Assembly (NCBI GenBank): GCA_963810275.1
Contig: CAWENF010000020.1
Span: forward strand, 69,970-133,969
Direction: 5' to 3'
DNA from: an uncultured archaeon
Lineage (GTDB): Archaea > Thermoproteota > Bathyarchaeia > Bathyarchaeales > Bathycorpusculaceae
DNA length: 64,000 nucleotides
A program made the translations under genes and the position numbers. How positions within the stretch are numbered: the stretch's first letter is position 1; every line of letters begins with the position of its first letter. A model generated the notes under the pieces. The model was not told the origin of the DNA. It searched no databases and worked only from the letters and a program-made list of their open reading frames with translations. Shown one piece after another: positions 38,902-48,888 of this stretch.

Positions 38902-40482
38902 TTAGACAGCCACCTTTTTCTTTTTCACAGGTTTTTTAGGTTTAGCTTCCTTAGCGGGAATCTTGCACGCTTTGGCCTCCGCAGACTCTTCTTTGTGAGC
39001 AACCTTTGCTTCAGGCTGCCCCACCATTTCGCCGCGTTTAGTTTTAATAGCGCGCACCTCTGCAAGTATGCGAGTTAAGAGTTCCTCGTCAGTTAAGACG
39101 CCCTTAGGTGCTTCAACCACTTTCTTTAGCGTAATCGGAACTGAATCCATGCGGTAGGCGGTGCCTTCGTATTCGATGCCGCACCACTGGGTTGGGAACA
39201 CAACGTCACCAAGACGGCTGATGGCGTTCCAATCGGGGTTGATGGTGATTAATGGTTTTTTCATCATGTTCTGCATAGCTGATTTGGGGAAGTGAGCACC
39301 TGGGTCAGCAGATATGACCATAGTTGCATCGTTATCGCCGCGTCTTAACACATCGATGATGGTGTTTTCGCCGGGGTTGTACTGTGGGTAACCCTGTGAG
39401 AAGTCGATTGCATAAGGGTAACCTGTTTGCCAAGCAAACACTGTGTTGGCGCCTGTAACGTTGAAGTGTCCACGCATTGGTGAGATAATAAATTTGGTTT
39501 TACGATTAAGGTCACGTGCTAACGCGATGGCGATTTCGATGTTTCTAAATCTGCCCAGACTCTGAGTCATGCCAAGTCCAAAGTAGATAACACCAAACTC
39601 GCATGCCATCATTGCATCTGCAACGTCACGTAGGTAATCCACTGGAATACCACCGACTTTGTCCACGTCAATTTCTTGGTCCTGCACCATGCACCGCAAC
39701 GCTTCAATAACATCATAGTCGCGGTTTGGTTCAATCTGAAGGAAGTAATCTGCTGCTTCGGCAGTCATGGTTTTGCGCACATCTACCACGATTAGTTTAC
39801 GCCCGTTCTTCTGTAGCGTCTGAGGTGGAGGTCCAGTGAAGCATACTTTGGGGTGGATTTTAGGTTCAGAACGAGTGATGCGTTTTGAGGCAATCTCCAT
39901 CTTTTTGCGGGATGCACCTGCTTTCATTTTCTGTAAGAAATCTTTCCACTCACTGCCTTCGAAGCGGCCTTCAGTGAAAGCTGTATAGCGTTCTACGTGG
40001 CGGGGGTGGCTTGTCCAGGGGTTGCATGCCCAGTAAACAATTAAGTCTGCGCGGTGACGGATTTGTCCAAGGGTTGCGGCGGGGATGCCGATTTCCTGAG
40101 TAGCCATAACTGAGGGGCCATGGCACACGCTGCAGCAGTTGTCCAGTGCTGAACCGAGTTCTTCAGCTAATTCCACACCGATGCGTTGGGCTTCTCCGAC
40201 TGTGCTACTCCAGCCAAATAATATTGGGTATTTGGCATCTGTTAGGATTTGGGCGGCTTTCTTGATAGCCTCATCCATTGAGACAGGCACGAGTTCACCG
40301 TCTTTACGGATGTGGGGTTTTAGGATGCGTTCTTCACTTTTGTATCCGTGCACCATTTTTGCTTCGCACTGGGCACATCCGTTTTTCATTTTGACGATTT
40401 CGTTGTTTTCCACAGTTACTTCTAAGTCGTCGCAAAGGCAACCGCAGATGGGACAGACTACATTATCAATTACTTTACTCAA
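38902..40482 (-). CDS. fwdB: Formylmethanofuran dehydrogenase subunit B (Mo/W-bis-MGD)
   Basis: CPICGCLCDD, SVCHGPS (Cys ligand), HPRH, MRGHFNV, GTAYRMD. Confidence 0.97.
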   Translation of the reverse strand: MSKVIDNVVCPICGCLCDDLEVTVENNEIVKMKNGCAQCEAKMVHGYKSEERILKPHIRKDGELVPVSMDEAIKKAAQILTDAKYPILFGWSSTVGEAQRIGVELAEELGSALDNCCSVCHGPSVMATQEIGIPAATLGQIRHRADLIVYWACNPWTSHPRHVERYTAFTEGRFEGSEWKDFLQKMKAGASRKKMEIASKRITRSEPKIHPKVCFTGPPPQTLQKNGRKLIVVDVRKTMTAEAADYFLQIEPNRDYDVIEALRCMVQDQEIDVDKVGGIPVDYLRDVADAMMACEFGVIYFGLGMTQSLGRFRNIEIAIALARDLNRKTKFIISPMRGHFNVTGANTVFAWQTGYPYAIDFSQGYPQYNPGENTIIDVLRRGDNDATMVISADPGAHFPKSAMQNMMKKPLITINPDWNAISRLGDVVFPTQWCGIEYEGTAYRMDSVPITLKKVVEAPKGVLTDEELLTRILAEVRAIKTKRGEMVGQPEAKVAHKEESAEAKACKIPAKEAKPKKPVKKKKVAV

Positions 40483-40894
40483 TGGCTATTCCCTTCTTTC
40501 CATATTCTTTGAATAGGTACTCTTCTAAGGTCAAGATCTTCTCATTTGGAGCTGCTTCGATTTCGACAGGAAAGCCTTTGAAGATTGGCATACCCATGCT
40601 GTAGGTGTCGTCGCCTGTGATGGCGTTTGCCCAGAGTCCGCAGGGTATGAAAACCATCCCAGGCATGGTTCCCCATGGATACCGTTGAGCCTTCACGATT
40701 ACGTCACCCCATTTGGAGGAAACTTTTACAATTGAGCCGTTTTTGATGCCGAGTTTAATCATGTCAGATTTATCAAAGAAGCAAACTGCAGAGCTGTCAT
40801 AATATTCAATGGAGCCTTTCCCCATTTCTTTCCCTACGCCTTGTTCAATAGTTCTGCCAGTAATTAGAGTTGCCCGTAGTTTTTCCTCTACCAT
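40475..40894 (-). CDS. fwdD: Formylmethanofuran dehydrogenase subunit D
   Basis: LITGRTIEQG, FIPCGLWAN, GMPIFKG. Confidence 0.95.
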   Translation of the reverse strand: MVEEKLRATLITGRTIEQGVGKEMGKGSIEYYDSSAVCFFDKSDMIKLGIKNGSIVKVSSKWGDVIVKAQRYPWGTMPGMVFIPCGLWANAITGDDTYSMGMPIFKGFPVEIEAAPNEKILTLEEYLFKEYGKKGIAIE

Positions 40895-41022
40895 GGTCTA
40901 CGACCTTAACCAATAGAATCTATAAGAGTTATATTTAAGAGTAAGTTTAAAAGTTGCTAAAAAACCACAATTAACTCATAGTAATTTTGCTTTATTACAT
41001 ATGAAGTCCCGCGCTTGTTGGG

Positions 41023-41400
41023 CTACTTTGTTTTTGCTTGAGTAGCGGTAAAGACGGCGTTGTATGTTCGTTTATGAGTTTTCTCGTTTTCGCTGTATGT
41101 AACTTTTCCTTCGAACCGCACTCCCCGCAGACGACGCAAGTCTTTAGCCATGTCGGGTTCAGAATCATCAAACCAGCATAACACATAATGGTCACTTTTG
41201 CCGTCCTCGGAGGAGATGTAGTCTGTATCACCCATAAGTGTGAAGAAATCTTCAATTTCTCCACTGTACTTGTTTTCGCCCTCTTCGGTCAGGGTTATTT
41301 GACGCGCTCGAATCACAACAAAAGGGTCGGATTCGCGGTTAACGCTTGTACGTTCCCTGAAAATACAAATAACAGGTTTATTCCAGACCATTGCTGACAA
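41023..41400 (-). CDS. Hypothetical protein
   Basis: 125-aa beta-rich ORF with an upstream TATA-like box. Confidence 0.65.
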   Translation of the reverse strand: MSAMVWNKPVICIFRERTSVNRESDPFVVIRARQITLTEEGENKYSGEIEDFFTLMGDTDYISSEDGKSDHYVLCWFDDSEPDMAKDLRRLRGVRFEGKVTYSENEKTHKRTYNAVFTATQAKTK

Positions 41401-41458
41401 ACTTGGTTCCTCAACTAATCATGCCCTTTTGGGTTATTTAAATATTAAAAATCCAGCG

Positions 41459-41959
41459 TTAAGCTGGTTTAAAGGAAACTTGAAACGTTGAGGGACCACC
41501 TGGTGGAACCAAGAAGAACACTGTGTAGCTCTGCTGATCAGCTTCGCCAAATGAAGCTGCATAAGGTTGATTCAGCTTGATTGCATAGTCTACAGATTCC
41601 ACATTACTCAGTATGGGGTAGATGTCGCCTGAGTTACAGATGTGATCTGCGCCTTGGTCCCATAAACCATTGTAGATGTAGATGTCGGTCCAGCCGTTGG
41701 CGCCACCGGGCATTTGTGTGCAGTTAACTGTTAACTCGCCGGTTTGTCCCGCCGCAACTGTGAACGGGACATATATGACAGGGACGGAGCTGTTGAGGAA
41801 ACGAAGGCAACTGCTTTGGCTGGAGACCGCGAAGCTAAATGCCTCGCTGGGTTTATGGGTGTTCTGCGGAACTGCTGTTAGCGACATGGTTGCATAGGCG
41901 ACCATAGCACATGCAACTAATATGGTTATTGTTATACCGAAAATTAGGTGCTTGTTCAT
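41459..41959 (-). CDS. Secreted/membrane-anchored hypothetical protein
   Basis: N-terminal signal/TM followed by a beta-rich domain. Confidence 0.7.
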   Translation of the reverse strand: MNKHLIFGITITILVACAMVAYATMSLTAVPQNTHKPSEAFSFAVSSQSSCLRFLNSSVPVIYVPFTVAAGQTGELTVNCTQMPGGANGWTDIYIYNGLWDQGADHICNSGDIYPILSNVESVDYAIKLNQPYAASFGEADQQSYTVFFLVPPGGPSTFQVSFKPA

Positions 41960-42094
41960 TTTTTACCTTCCAAACTGCAATGGGAATTGTATGAGATTAC
42001 TTTTGTACTTTACGCAAAAAACCCCGAAGCCCTTCGTTTAAGAAATCAAGGTTTATCGAAAAACTAAAAAACCCATCAAAAGCAATTCTACGGT

Positions 42095-43189
42095 ATGAAG
42101 TATTCCTTTAGGATAGGCTCCGTTTGGGGAATACCCGTAGAGTTGCATTTCACTTTTCTACTGCTAATCTTAGCAGTTTTCGGCCTATCCCTGTTTAACC
42201 TCCAATACGTCACTCCCTTCTACGCGTTCTATACCTACATACTGGTGCTTTTTCTATTTGTCTTCGTGTTCTTCCATGAACTCGCCCACTCAGTAGTAGC
42301 AAGGCGTTACGGTATCAAAGTCCGAAAAATAGTGCTCTACCCCATCGGTGGCGTCTCCGAAATCGAAGAAATCCCCAACAACCCAGCGCAAGAATGGCGC
42401 ATGGCATTTGCAGGTCCACTTACTAGCCTCGTTTTGGGTTTTTCTCTTTTAGCTATTTCGCTTATTGTTTCGCCACAACTCGCCCCCTCCGCCCTGCGGC
42501 TCTCAGCAACCACCTATAACATAGCCTTTGACATAGCCATCCTAAACATTCTGTTGGGGCTTTTCAATTTAATTCCAGCTTTTCCCATGGATGGCGGCAG
42601 AGTCTTCCGAGCCATCTTGGCGGAACGCATGAAATTCTCCGACGCCACTCGCTATGCAGTGACACTTGGTAAAATTTTGGGAGTAGCCATGATCGTGTTT
42701 GGGTTCATCTTTATCGACTACTTTTTGATTATCCTGGTGGGCTTTTTTGTTTACATCGGTGCAAGCGAGGAAGGTGAACAAACTATAATTAGCACAAACC
42801 TGGCGGGCGTGCGGGTGCGAGACGTAATGCAGAAAGAAGTCAATTGGGCTAACCCCAATCAGTCCCTCACTGAAGCCTTAGAAATTATGTTTAAAAGCCG
42901 CTACCATGACCTGCTGGTGGAGAAAGACGGCGAATTCATGGGTACAGTCACATGGAGCGAACTTATGAAAATAGATCCTGAGCAGCGTGGAAGCTTACGT
43001 GTGGAGCAGATGCCCCTTAAAAAAGTCACCATTGGTGACGATGAGTCCATCTTGGAAGCAAACAAGCTGCTGCTGCGGGAAAAAATCGATTTGCTTCCCG
43101 TAGTGCATAGAAGTAACTCTTCCAAGGTTATCGGGGTTTTGACAAGTGGAGCAATTGCAGGTGCGTACACGCATGCCAGAGATCGCTAA
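42095..43189 (+). CDS. Site-2 protease (M50) with C-terminal CBS pair
   Basis: HELAH, AGP, FNLIPAFPMDGG, VRDVM CBS domains. Confidence 0.95.
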   Translation: MKYSFRIGSVWGIPVELHFTFLLLILAVFGLSLFNLQYVTPFYAFYTYILVLFLFVFVFFHELAHSVVARRYGIKVRKIVLYPIGGVSEIEEIPNNPAQEWRMAFAGPLTSLVLGFSLLAISLIVSPQLAPSALRLSATTYNIAFDIAILNILLGLFNLIPAFPMDGGRVFRAILAERMKFSDATRYAVTLGKILGVAMIVFGFIFIDYFLIILVGFFVYIGASEEGEQTIISTNLAGVRVRDVMQKEVNWANPNQSLTEALEIMFKSRYHDLLVEKDGEFMGTVTWSELMKIDPEQRGSLRVEQMPLKKVTIGDDESILEANKLLLREKIDLLPVVHRSNSSKVIGVLTSGAIAGAYTHARDR

Positions 43190-43475
43190 AAAAGCAAATA
43201 GCCATTTTAACTTCCCGAAGAGCTTCGGTCGACGGAAGTTCTTGATTGCCTAATAAGGTCTTGCTGGAAGACACGAAATCTATATGGTAAATGGCGATGC
43301 ATCAAAAAAATTAGATCAAGATTAACTCGGCGAAACAAAAGATCCAGCAATACAAGTTTGCAGAGGAAGAGCGCGAGGCGGTTCGCACAGCATTTCGAAT
43401 GTAAACTATCTCTTAAGGCGATAATCAGCGTTAGCATCAAACTGGTTGAGCTATTGGGTGTCTTCTAGTCTGCTG

Positions 43476-44390
43476 TCACAGGTAAGTTACAATAAAGTAT
43501 GTGATAAATATAGTTATAGCGTAGATAAGCAAGGAGAGGTGCATCATGGGAAGCGCTTTCATAGCGGCCTGTGGCGTTTTGCCTTTGAGGATTATGCTGT
43601 TTAGCAAAATTATTAGTGTCCAACTGACAGCAAAACCCACCGCTGCATACACAAAGCCCATCGCGTAGAGGAAAATTCCCGCCGTCGCAAAGTGTGTCAC
43701 GCTAAAACCCAGTATCCAGTAGGCAGTTGCTTTCTGTCCGTAGAGCGTTGTGGGCGTGATTAGTTTTTTGGCTTGGTCGTTTGCTACATCGGCTAAGTCA
43801 TTTATTCCAAGGTGCGCCAGTGCCAACGGGTAGAAGAAAGCGAAAAGCACCAGTGCGTTTAAGTCAAAAGTGCCGACAACAAGGTAACCAGCGACCAAAA
43901 ACAATGCGAAATCGATGCGTCCAACAACTTGGGCTATGGGGAAGGGCGCGTTTCGTTTTGCAATTTGGTAAAATGCTTCTAATGCATAGCAGACAAACAT
44001 CAGAGTCAAAACATAGAGTGAATGCGGGTAAGGCAGCAAAGCGGCTAGTGCTACGGTTGCAGCTACTAAAACTGCGAATATGGCTATAGCTTTTTGTTTT
44101 GTTATTAAGCCTTCGGAGATTGGACGCCTGCCAAATGGCCGCCAGTATTTTGTCAGGGCTTTGTCGTTAGCAAGTTCTTTTTTGTCAAGTTCGGCGTCTA
44201 TGAAATCGTTAAGTATTAAACCAGCTTCAAAACCCAGAAACGCAATTAGAATCGATTGCAGAACCAGCAACAATGATAACTCGATTCCGTTTACTATACT
44301 GCTAAAGAATAATCCTGCACAGAACAACACAGGCCAAACAAAAAAGAAATGTAATCTAAACAAATCGATGTACGCTTTTAGATTTCCCAC
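43476..44390 (-). CDS. UbiA-family prenyltransferase
   Basis: LNDFIDAELD, RPISEG, INDLADVAND. Confidence 0.88.
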   Translation of the reverse strand: MGNLKAYIDLFRLHFFFVWPVLFCAGLFFSSIVNGIELSLLLVLQSILIAFLGFEAGLILNDFIDAELDKKELANDKALTKYWRPFGRRPISEGLITKQKAIAIFAVLVAATVALAALLPYPHSLYVLTLMFVCYALEAFYQIAKRNAPFPIAQVVGRIDFALFLVAGYLVVGTFDLNALVLFAFFYPLALAHLGINDLADVANDQAKKLITPTTLYGQKATAYWILGFSVTHFATAGIFLYAMGFVYAAVGFAVSWTLIILLNSIILKGKTPQAAMKALPMMHLSLLIYAITIFITYFIVTYL

Positions 44391-44454
44391 TTGATGATAC
44401 CCAGCCTTTTGTTTTTATTGCTACTTAGATAAATAAGCTATTGTTTATAGACAC

Positions 44455-45393
44455 ATGGAAGGAGCCAAAAATATGCGCAACCGCAGTGCGCAGTTGAAAT
44501 TGCTTGGAGTGATTAGGGAACATATCGTGGTTGGCGGCATCCTAGCTTTCACAGTGGGCATCCTGCTGGGGGTTGCAGATGGTGGAACATTCAATCTTGC
44601 AGTCGCAAGTATGTTTTACTTTATAGTTTTCCTCGGTGACCTATCTACGCATTTTAGTAACGACTATTTTGACGCTGAAATGGACAAGACAACAGATAAA
44701 AATAAGTTTTTTTCGGACAGAAGAATTCTAGTCAAACATCCTCAATTGCGCCCTAAAGCCCGCACAGTTGCAGTTACCTTGATGGCGGCGTCAGTGATTT
44801 TGGCTGTGGTTACTGTTTCAGTTGGGCTTGCGCCGCCAGTGGCGCTTCTCATAGCAGTTCTAGCAAACTTATTAGGCTGGTTTTACTCGGCGCCACCTCT
44901 ACAGCTGTGTTCCAAAGGCTTAGGTGAAGCAGCAATTGCGTTTTGTGTAGGTTTTGCGATTCCCGCATTTGGATACTTTGCTGTTAGGGGTCAATTGGAC
45001 ATGTTATTTTGGGTTTTTGCGGTTCCGTTTGTACTGTATGCTTTCATGCTTGCGTTAAGCCTCGAAGCCCCCGACATCGAAGTTGATCGGCGTTACCGAA
45101 AAAGCATCGGTGTCCGCATGGGCAAACCTGCCGTGTTCGGGTTCATATTCGCTTCGGCTTTCTTCGCTTTTGCATGTTTTACTTTTTACGCTGTCTTTTT
45201 AGGAAGATATTGCGTAAATTTTGTGGCTACAGCAGTATTCGCTGTGGTCCCGTTGGCAACGGGCGCTGTAGGGTTGGTTTGTGTGTTTCTTAAGCGATAT
45301 GAAGACACTTGTGTAACGGCAGATGTTTTGTCACTTTTTGCGTTTAACGTTTTAATAATTGGGTACCTATCTTGCGTTCCGATATGCCCATGA
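44455..45393 (+). CDS. UbiA/MenA-like prenyltransferase
   Basis: NDYFD..MD, WFYSAPPL...GLGE, PDIEVD. Confidence 0.85.
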   Translation: MEGAKNMRNRSAQLKLLGVIREHIVVGGILAFTVGILLGVADGGTFNLAVASMFYFIVFLGDLSTHFSNDYFDAEMDKTTDKNKFFSDRRILVKHPQLRPKARTVAVTLMAASVILAVVTVSVGLAPPVALLIAVLANLLGWFYSAPPLQLCSKGLGEAAIAFCVGFAIPAFGYFAVRGQLDMLFWVFAVPFVLYAFMLALSLEAPDIEVDRRYRKSIGVRMGKPAVFGFIFASAFFAFACFTFYAVFLGRYCVNFVATAVFAVVPLATGAVGLVCVFLKRYEDTCVTADVLSLFAFNVLIIGYLSCVPICP

Positions 45394-45587
45394 AAATATA
45401 AGAATTGACAATTAACATTACTAATGGTTTATTTTTCCCTAAAAAAGTAGACTAAACCCAGCAGAGAGCCGATAGTGAGCGGGGATGGTCAGTTGGTAAA
45501 CGCTAACTTGACTTTATACACATCAATCCCGCTCTATGTTAAAACAGTCTTAAGCTTTATAGAGCCATAGCATGCATCAAAAAGCAT

Positions 45588-45926
45588 TTAGAGTCCCCAA
45601 CTCTGCGTGATAGACTCATGGTCTGGCTCTTTTTTGTTTTTCTTCTTCTTCGTGTGTTCTTTAAACCGGTTAACTTTGATGGTTAAGCCTTCGATAGTGA
45701 GGTAGTGGGTCGTGTTAAGAGAACGGTGGTAGATGAATTTCTTCACGGCGTGATGCAAATCCGACATCGAAACCGCTGCAGAATCTACGGCGAGGTTATC
45801 TTTTTCTTGTGTTACTTCGACTTTTAAATGCCGCTCAAGGTAGGCGGTAAGGTTTTGTTTTTCGTTTTGCAAGTCGCCGAGGTCAACTTGATGTTTGTTA
45901 GGGTCAGATCTACTCCAAAACGGCAA
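45588..45926 (-). CDS. Ribosomal protein eL22 (L22e)-like protein
   Basis: Motif order L..YLE..LKV.V...L.V.S..VS...L...VKKFI...L matches eL22 as recalled; basic C-terminal tail. Not database-verified. Confidence 0.55.
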   Translation of the reverse strand: MPFWSRSDPNKHQVDLGDLQNEKQNLTAYLERHLKVEVTQEKDNLAVDSAAVSMSDLHHAVKKFIYHRSLNTTHYLTIEGLTIKVNRFKEHTKKKKNKKEPDHESITQSWGL

Positions 45927-45982
45927 GAGCTATCCCGTCTATGAGAAATTTGATCATATTAAAGTTTTAAGAAAAGGGCGGA

Positions 45983-46423
45983 TTGCGTGCGTCTGCAAAT
46001 AGTCGCTATAAGAAGCTCTGGAAACCAATATTAGAAGGCATCACCCCATTTCTTCTGGTGGTGCGGTTGGAGTTTAAGGCAACTGGTTTTGGAGAAGTCA
46101 AGCTATTGGGCAAAAAATATGACTACGACGTTATAGTGCATGTGGACGGAAGTGTGTCTAAGCGTAAAAAGAAGAAGTCCAAAGATCTAAAACCGCAATA
46201 TGGGCATACCCCACTCTCCGAGAGGGAACTGGATTTTTTAGCAGACGAAAAGCCCGAAGTGGTCTACGTCGGGTTAGGTTACGACGGCGACTTGCCAGTT
46301 ACTGAAGAAGCAAAGAAAATTCTAAGCAGCTACCCAGCATTTGTGGAAAAGACCCCAGAAGTAATCGCTAAGCTATCAAAGGAAGAAAGGGATTACGTCG
46401 CAGTAATACATGTGACCTGCTAG
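45983..46423 (+). CDS. Mth938/NDUFAF3-like (DUF498) protein
   Basis: FG....GKKY..DV, PEVVYVG.G, C-terminal IHVTC; true start probably near 46060. Confidence 0.85.
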   Translation: MRASANSRYKKLWKPILEGITPFLLVVRLEFKATGFGEVKLLGKKYDYDVIVHVDGSVSKRKKKKSKDLKPQYGHTPLSERELDFLADEKPEVVYVGLGYDGDLPVTEEAKKILSSYPAFVEKTPEVIAKLSKEERDYVAVIHVTC

Positions 46424-47576
46424 AGGTCAAGTGGTGATTACACACTAAGCCCCTTTTTTGATAAATACTTAATATAATATAGCTAACGAGTCATTTTTCA
46501 ACGGACACTATACTTCCGGGTTAGTTTCTTTAAAATTCATAGTCTCTAAAGTCAGCAGTGACACTAATAGGGCTATGTAAGCGAAAAAATCTAATCTCAT
46601 TGTACATCAACAAAGCAGAATCATGCCTTATATAGTCACTCATTAATTAATTACTTGTTAGTAGGGTAAACTACCCGTGCAACTTTGAAAATATACCTGC
46701 AATCTTCACAAGTATAATATTTAACTGAAAAGTAATCACACTCATTTGTTCGGAAAATACGGGTATGCTCTTTTCTGCATCTGGGACACTTCACCATCAT
46801 TATTTCACAAACGATCACTAATGGGGATTTAATAAAAAAGTTACGTTAAAAAAACACATATTTTCCCTTCATTTGAAGTAAATACAAAACACATAAGCCC
46901 TAAATGGCTACTTAATTACCCTAATGTTGGTTTCTTGGACGCCCGGAACTGCCACCAGAGATAGTTTGGGATTGAAAAGGCCATGCGGCACTTTAGTATC
47001 CACCATATCAAGTGTGTCATAGTCTGCGCCGGCACTGACATGCTGGTTGAGACCGTTGCGGATTTTGTCGGCTATGGTTTGGTCGTAAATCTCCGCTTCA
47101 TATAGCAAACTTCGGCTAGCCGCATCTTAACTACACTTGGTAACTTTTCCTGTGGCATTCTCTGCAGTGATGTGCTCGATATAAACTGGAGCATTAACAA
47201 CTTTCAGCAAAAACCGCAAGCTCATCAGGCGTGTAAACGTTAAAGTTACGAGACAGCCCAGCAGCCACGGCGGCATAAGAAAGAGAAACAAAAGGAGACG
47301 CAATAAAACGGGGCTTGTGTTTACGTTTGTGCATTGGATGCCTCCTTTGGCTGTTTGCCTCTGGAACGGAATGAGGAACATGACTCACTTGAAGCTATGC
47401 GCCCAACCGACCTTCTGCCGAACAACGATGGCTCACTACAGCGCCCACACTAAAAAACACAATCCATACAAAGAAAAACTTTAGACTCTGAACTCTTAGC
47501 TCCTGACGTAGAACTTACTAAATTTTCGTAAAAATAAGAGAAAAATGAAAAAAATAGTACTTTCTCGAACATATGA

Positions 47577-47654
47577 TGGTGGGGCTTCCCGGATTTGAAC
47601 CGGGGTCTATAACGCCCGAGGCTACAAGCCTAGACCATGCTAGCCGAAAGCCCC
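47577..47654 (-). tRNA. tRNA-Pro(CGG), CCA encoded
   Basis: GGGGCUU/AAGCCCC acceptor stem, anticodon loop CU-CGG-GC, T arm CCCGG-UUCAAAU-CCGGG. Confidence 0.93.
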
Positions 47655-47942
47655 ACTTGTGGTTTCTGCGCTATTTTTCTTCGCCAGCCAGCAAAATAAA
47701 GATTGCCTTTGACGGGGCGTTTTGCTTTATTTGGGAACCTTTATCGAGTCTTTTTTTAGCAGCTCAACCAATATAGTACACATCAGAAATGAACAGACGC
47801 ATAAAAATACGTCGCTGCCAAGCCAACTGATTGTTGTTGGAAAAAGAACCTACGACAAAAATAAAATCAAAAAACAAATCAGCACCGCGGGTTAGGCATT
47901 TAAGCAGCAACTACATAAGCAAACCCGTACAGGTGCAGAGCA

Positions 47943-48845
47943 GTGCCATATGACCGTGATGAACTCGAGAAATTCCACTTATCAGGCAAAATCCTACGAG
48001 AGACCCGCGAAGAAATGCGCGGTTACGTACAGGAAAACATGAAAGTAATCGAGGTATGCGAAAAAGCCGAAGGGTTGATCCAACAGAAAGGGGGCAAGCC
48101 TGCGTTCCCTGTTAACGTATCCATAAACGAGATTGCAGCGCACTACACCGCCTTGCCAGGGGACATTTCAATCATCCCGCCGGGCTCAACGGTTAAAGTG
48201 GACTTGGGTGTGCAGGTGGACGGATACGTCACCGACACCGCCTTCACCGCAGCATTTAACCCGGAAGGCAAAGCCATGAAAGCCGCCTCCGAAGCCGCTC
48301 TTGATGCGGTCATAGGAGCCATACATGGCGATATGCAACTTGGCGACATCGGCAAAATTGCCGAGACAACGATCAAAAACCGCGGGTACAAGCCGATTAG
48401 CAACCTAACGGGACACAGTGTCGGTAGATATATTGTGCACGCCGGAACATCCATCCCTTCAGTTAGCGGATACAACCCAGTCAAGGTACGCACAGGCGAA
48501 ATCTACGCAATTGAACCCTTCACCACACAGATCGACGCAATCGCAAGAGTCGAAGACAGCCCCCAATCCACGATTTTTCGTTTCCTAAAATCCAAATCAG
48601 CCAAAACCAACCCCGCAAAAAAGCTAATTAAATATATCGAAAAAACCTACCACACCCTCCCATTCGCCGAACGCTGGCTAACAGGCGTCTTGCCCGTAGA
48701 GCAGCATAAAACCGCCTTCAAAGATCTTCAAAAAGCAAAAGCCATTATGAAATACCCTGTTTTCGTGGAAGCAAGCAAAAAGCCAGTAGCGCAAGCTGAG
48801 CATACATTGCTAATTAAAGAAGATGGCTGCGAAATCCTAACATAA
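47943..48845 (+). CDS. map: Methionine aminopeptidase type II
   Basis: AFPVN, AAHYT, KVDLGV.VDG...DTA, NLTGH, AIEPF, AQAEHT. Confidence 0.97.
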   Translation: MPYDRDELEKFHLSGKILRETREEMRGYVQENMKVIEVCEKAEGLIQQKGGKPAFPVNVSINEIAAHYTALPGDISIIPPGSTVKVDLGVQVDGYVTDTAFTAAFNPEGKAMKAASEAALDAVIGAIHGDMQLGDIGKIAETTIKNRGYKPISNLTGHSVGRYIVHAGTSIPSVSGYNPVKVRTGEIYAIEPFTTQIDAIARVEDSPQSTIFRFLKSKSAKTNPAKKLIKYIEKTYHTLPFAERWLTGVLPVEQHKTAFKDLQKAKAIMKYPVFVEASKKPVAQAEHTLLIKEDGCEILT

Positions 48846-48888
48846 ACAAAAATTAAAAATAACAGAAAAATTTGGATTGCCTAGCCGT

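Noticed and set aside
38902-40482. Possible selenocysteine recoding in fwdB given the SelB-like gene
   Set aside because: The active site is Cys-encoded with no in-frame TGA, and aSelBL is not the Sec-specific factor.
9507-45472. Shared 11-mer CAGAGAGCCGA near both intergenic hairpin elements
   Set aside because: G-U pairing favours opposite strands for the two structures and the similarity does not extend; treated as chance.
46440-46900. AT-rich stretch as a possible replication origin
   Set aside because: No ORB-like repeats with G-strings and no adjacent orc1/cdc6.
47573-47776. ORF MMVGLPGFEPGS resembling an integrase attP peptide
   Set aside because: Antisense translation of tRNA-Pro; no recombinase residues follow.
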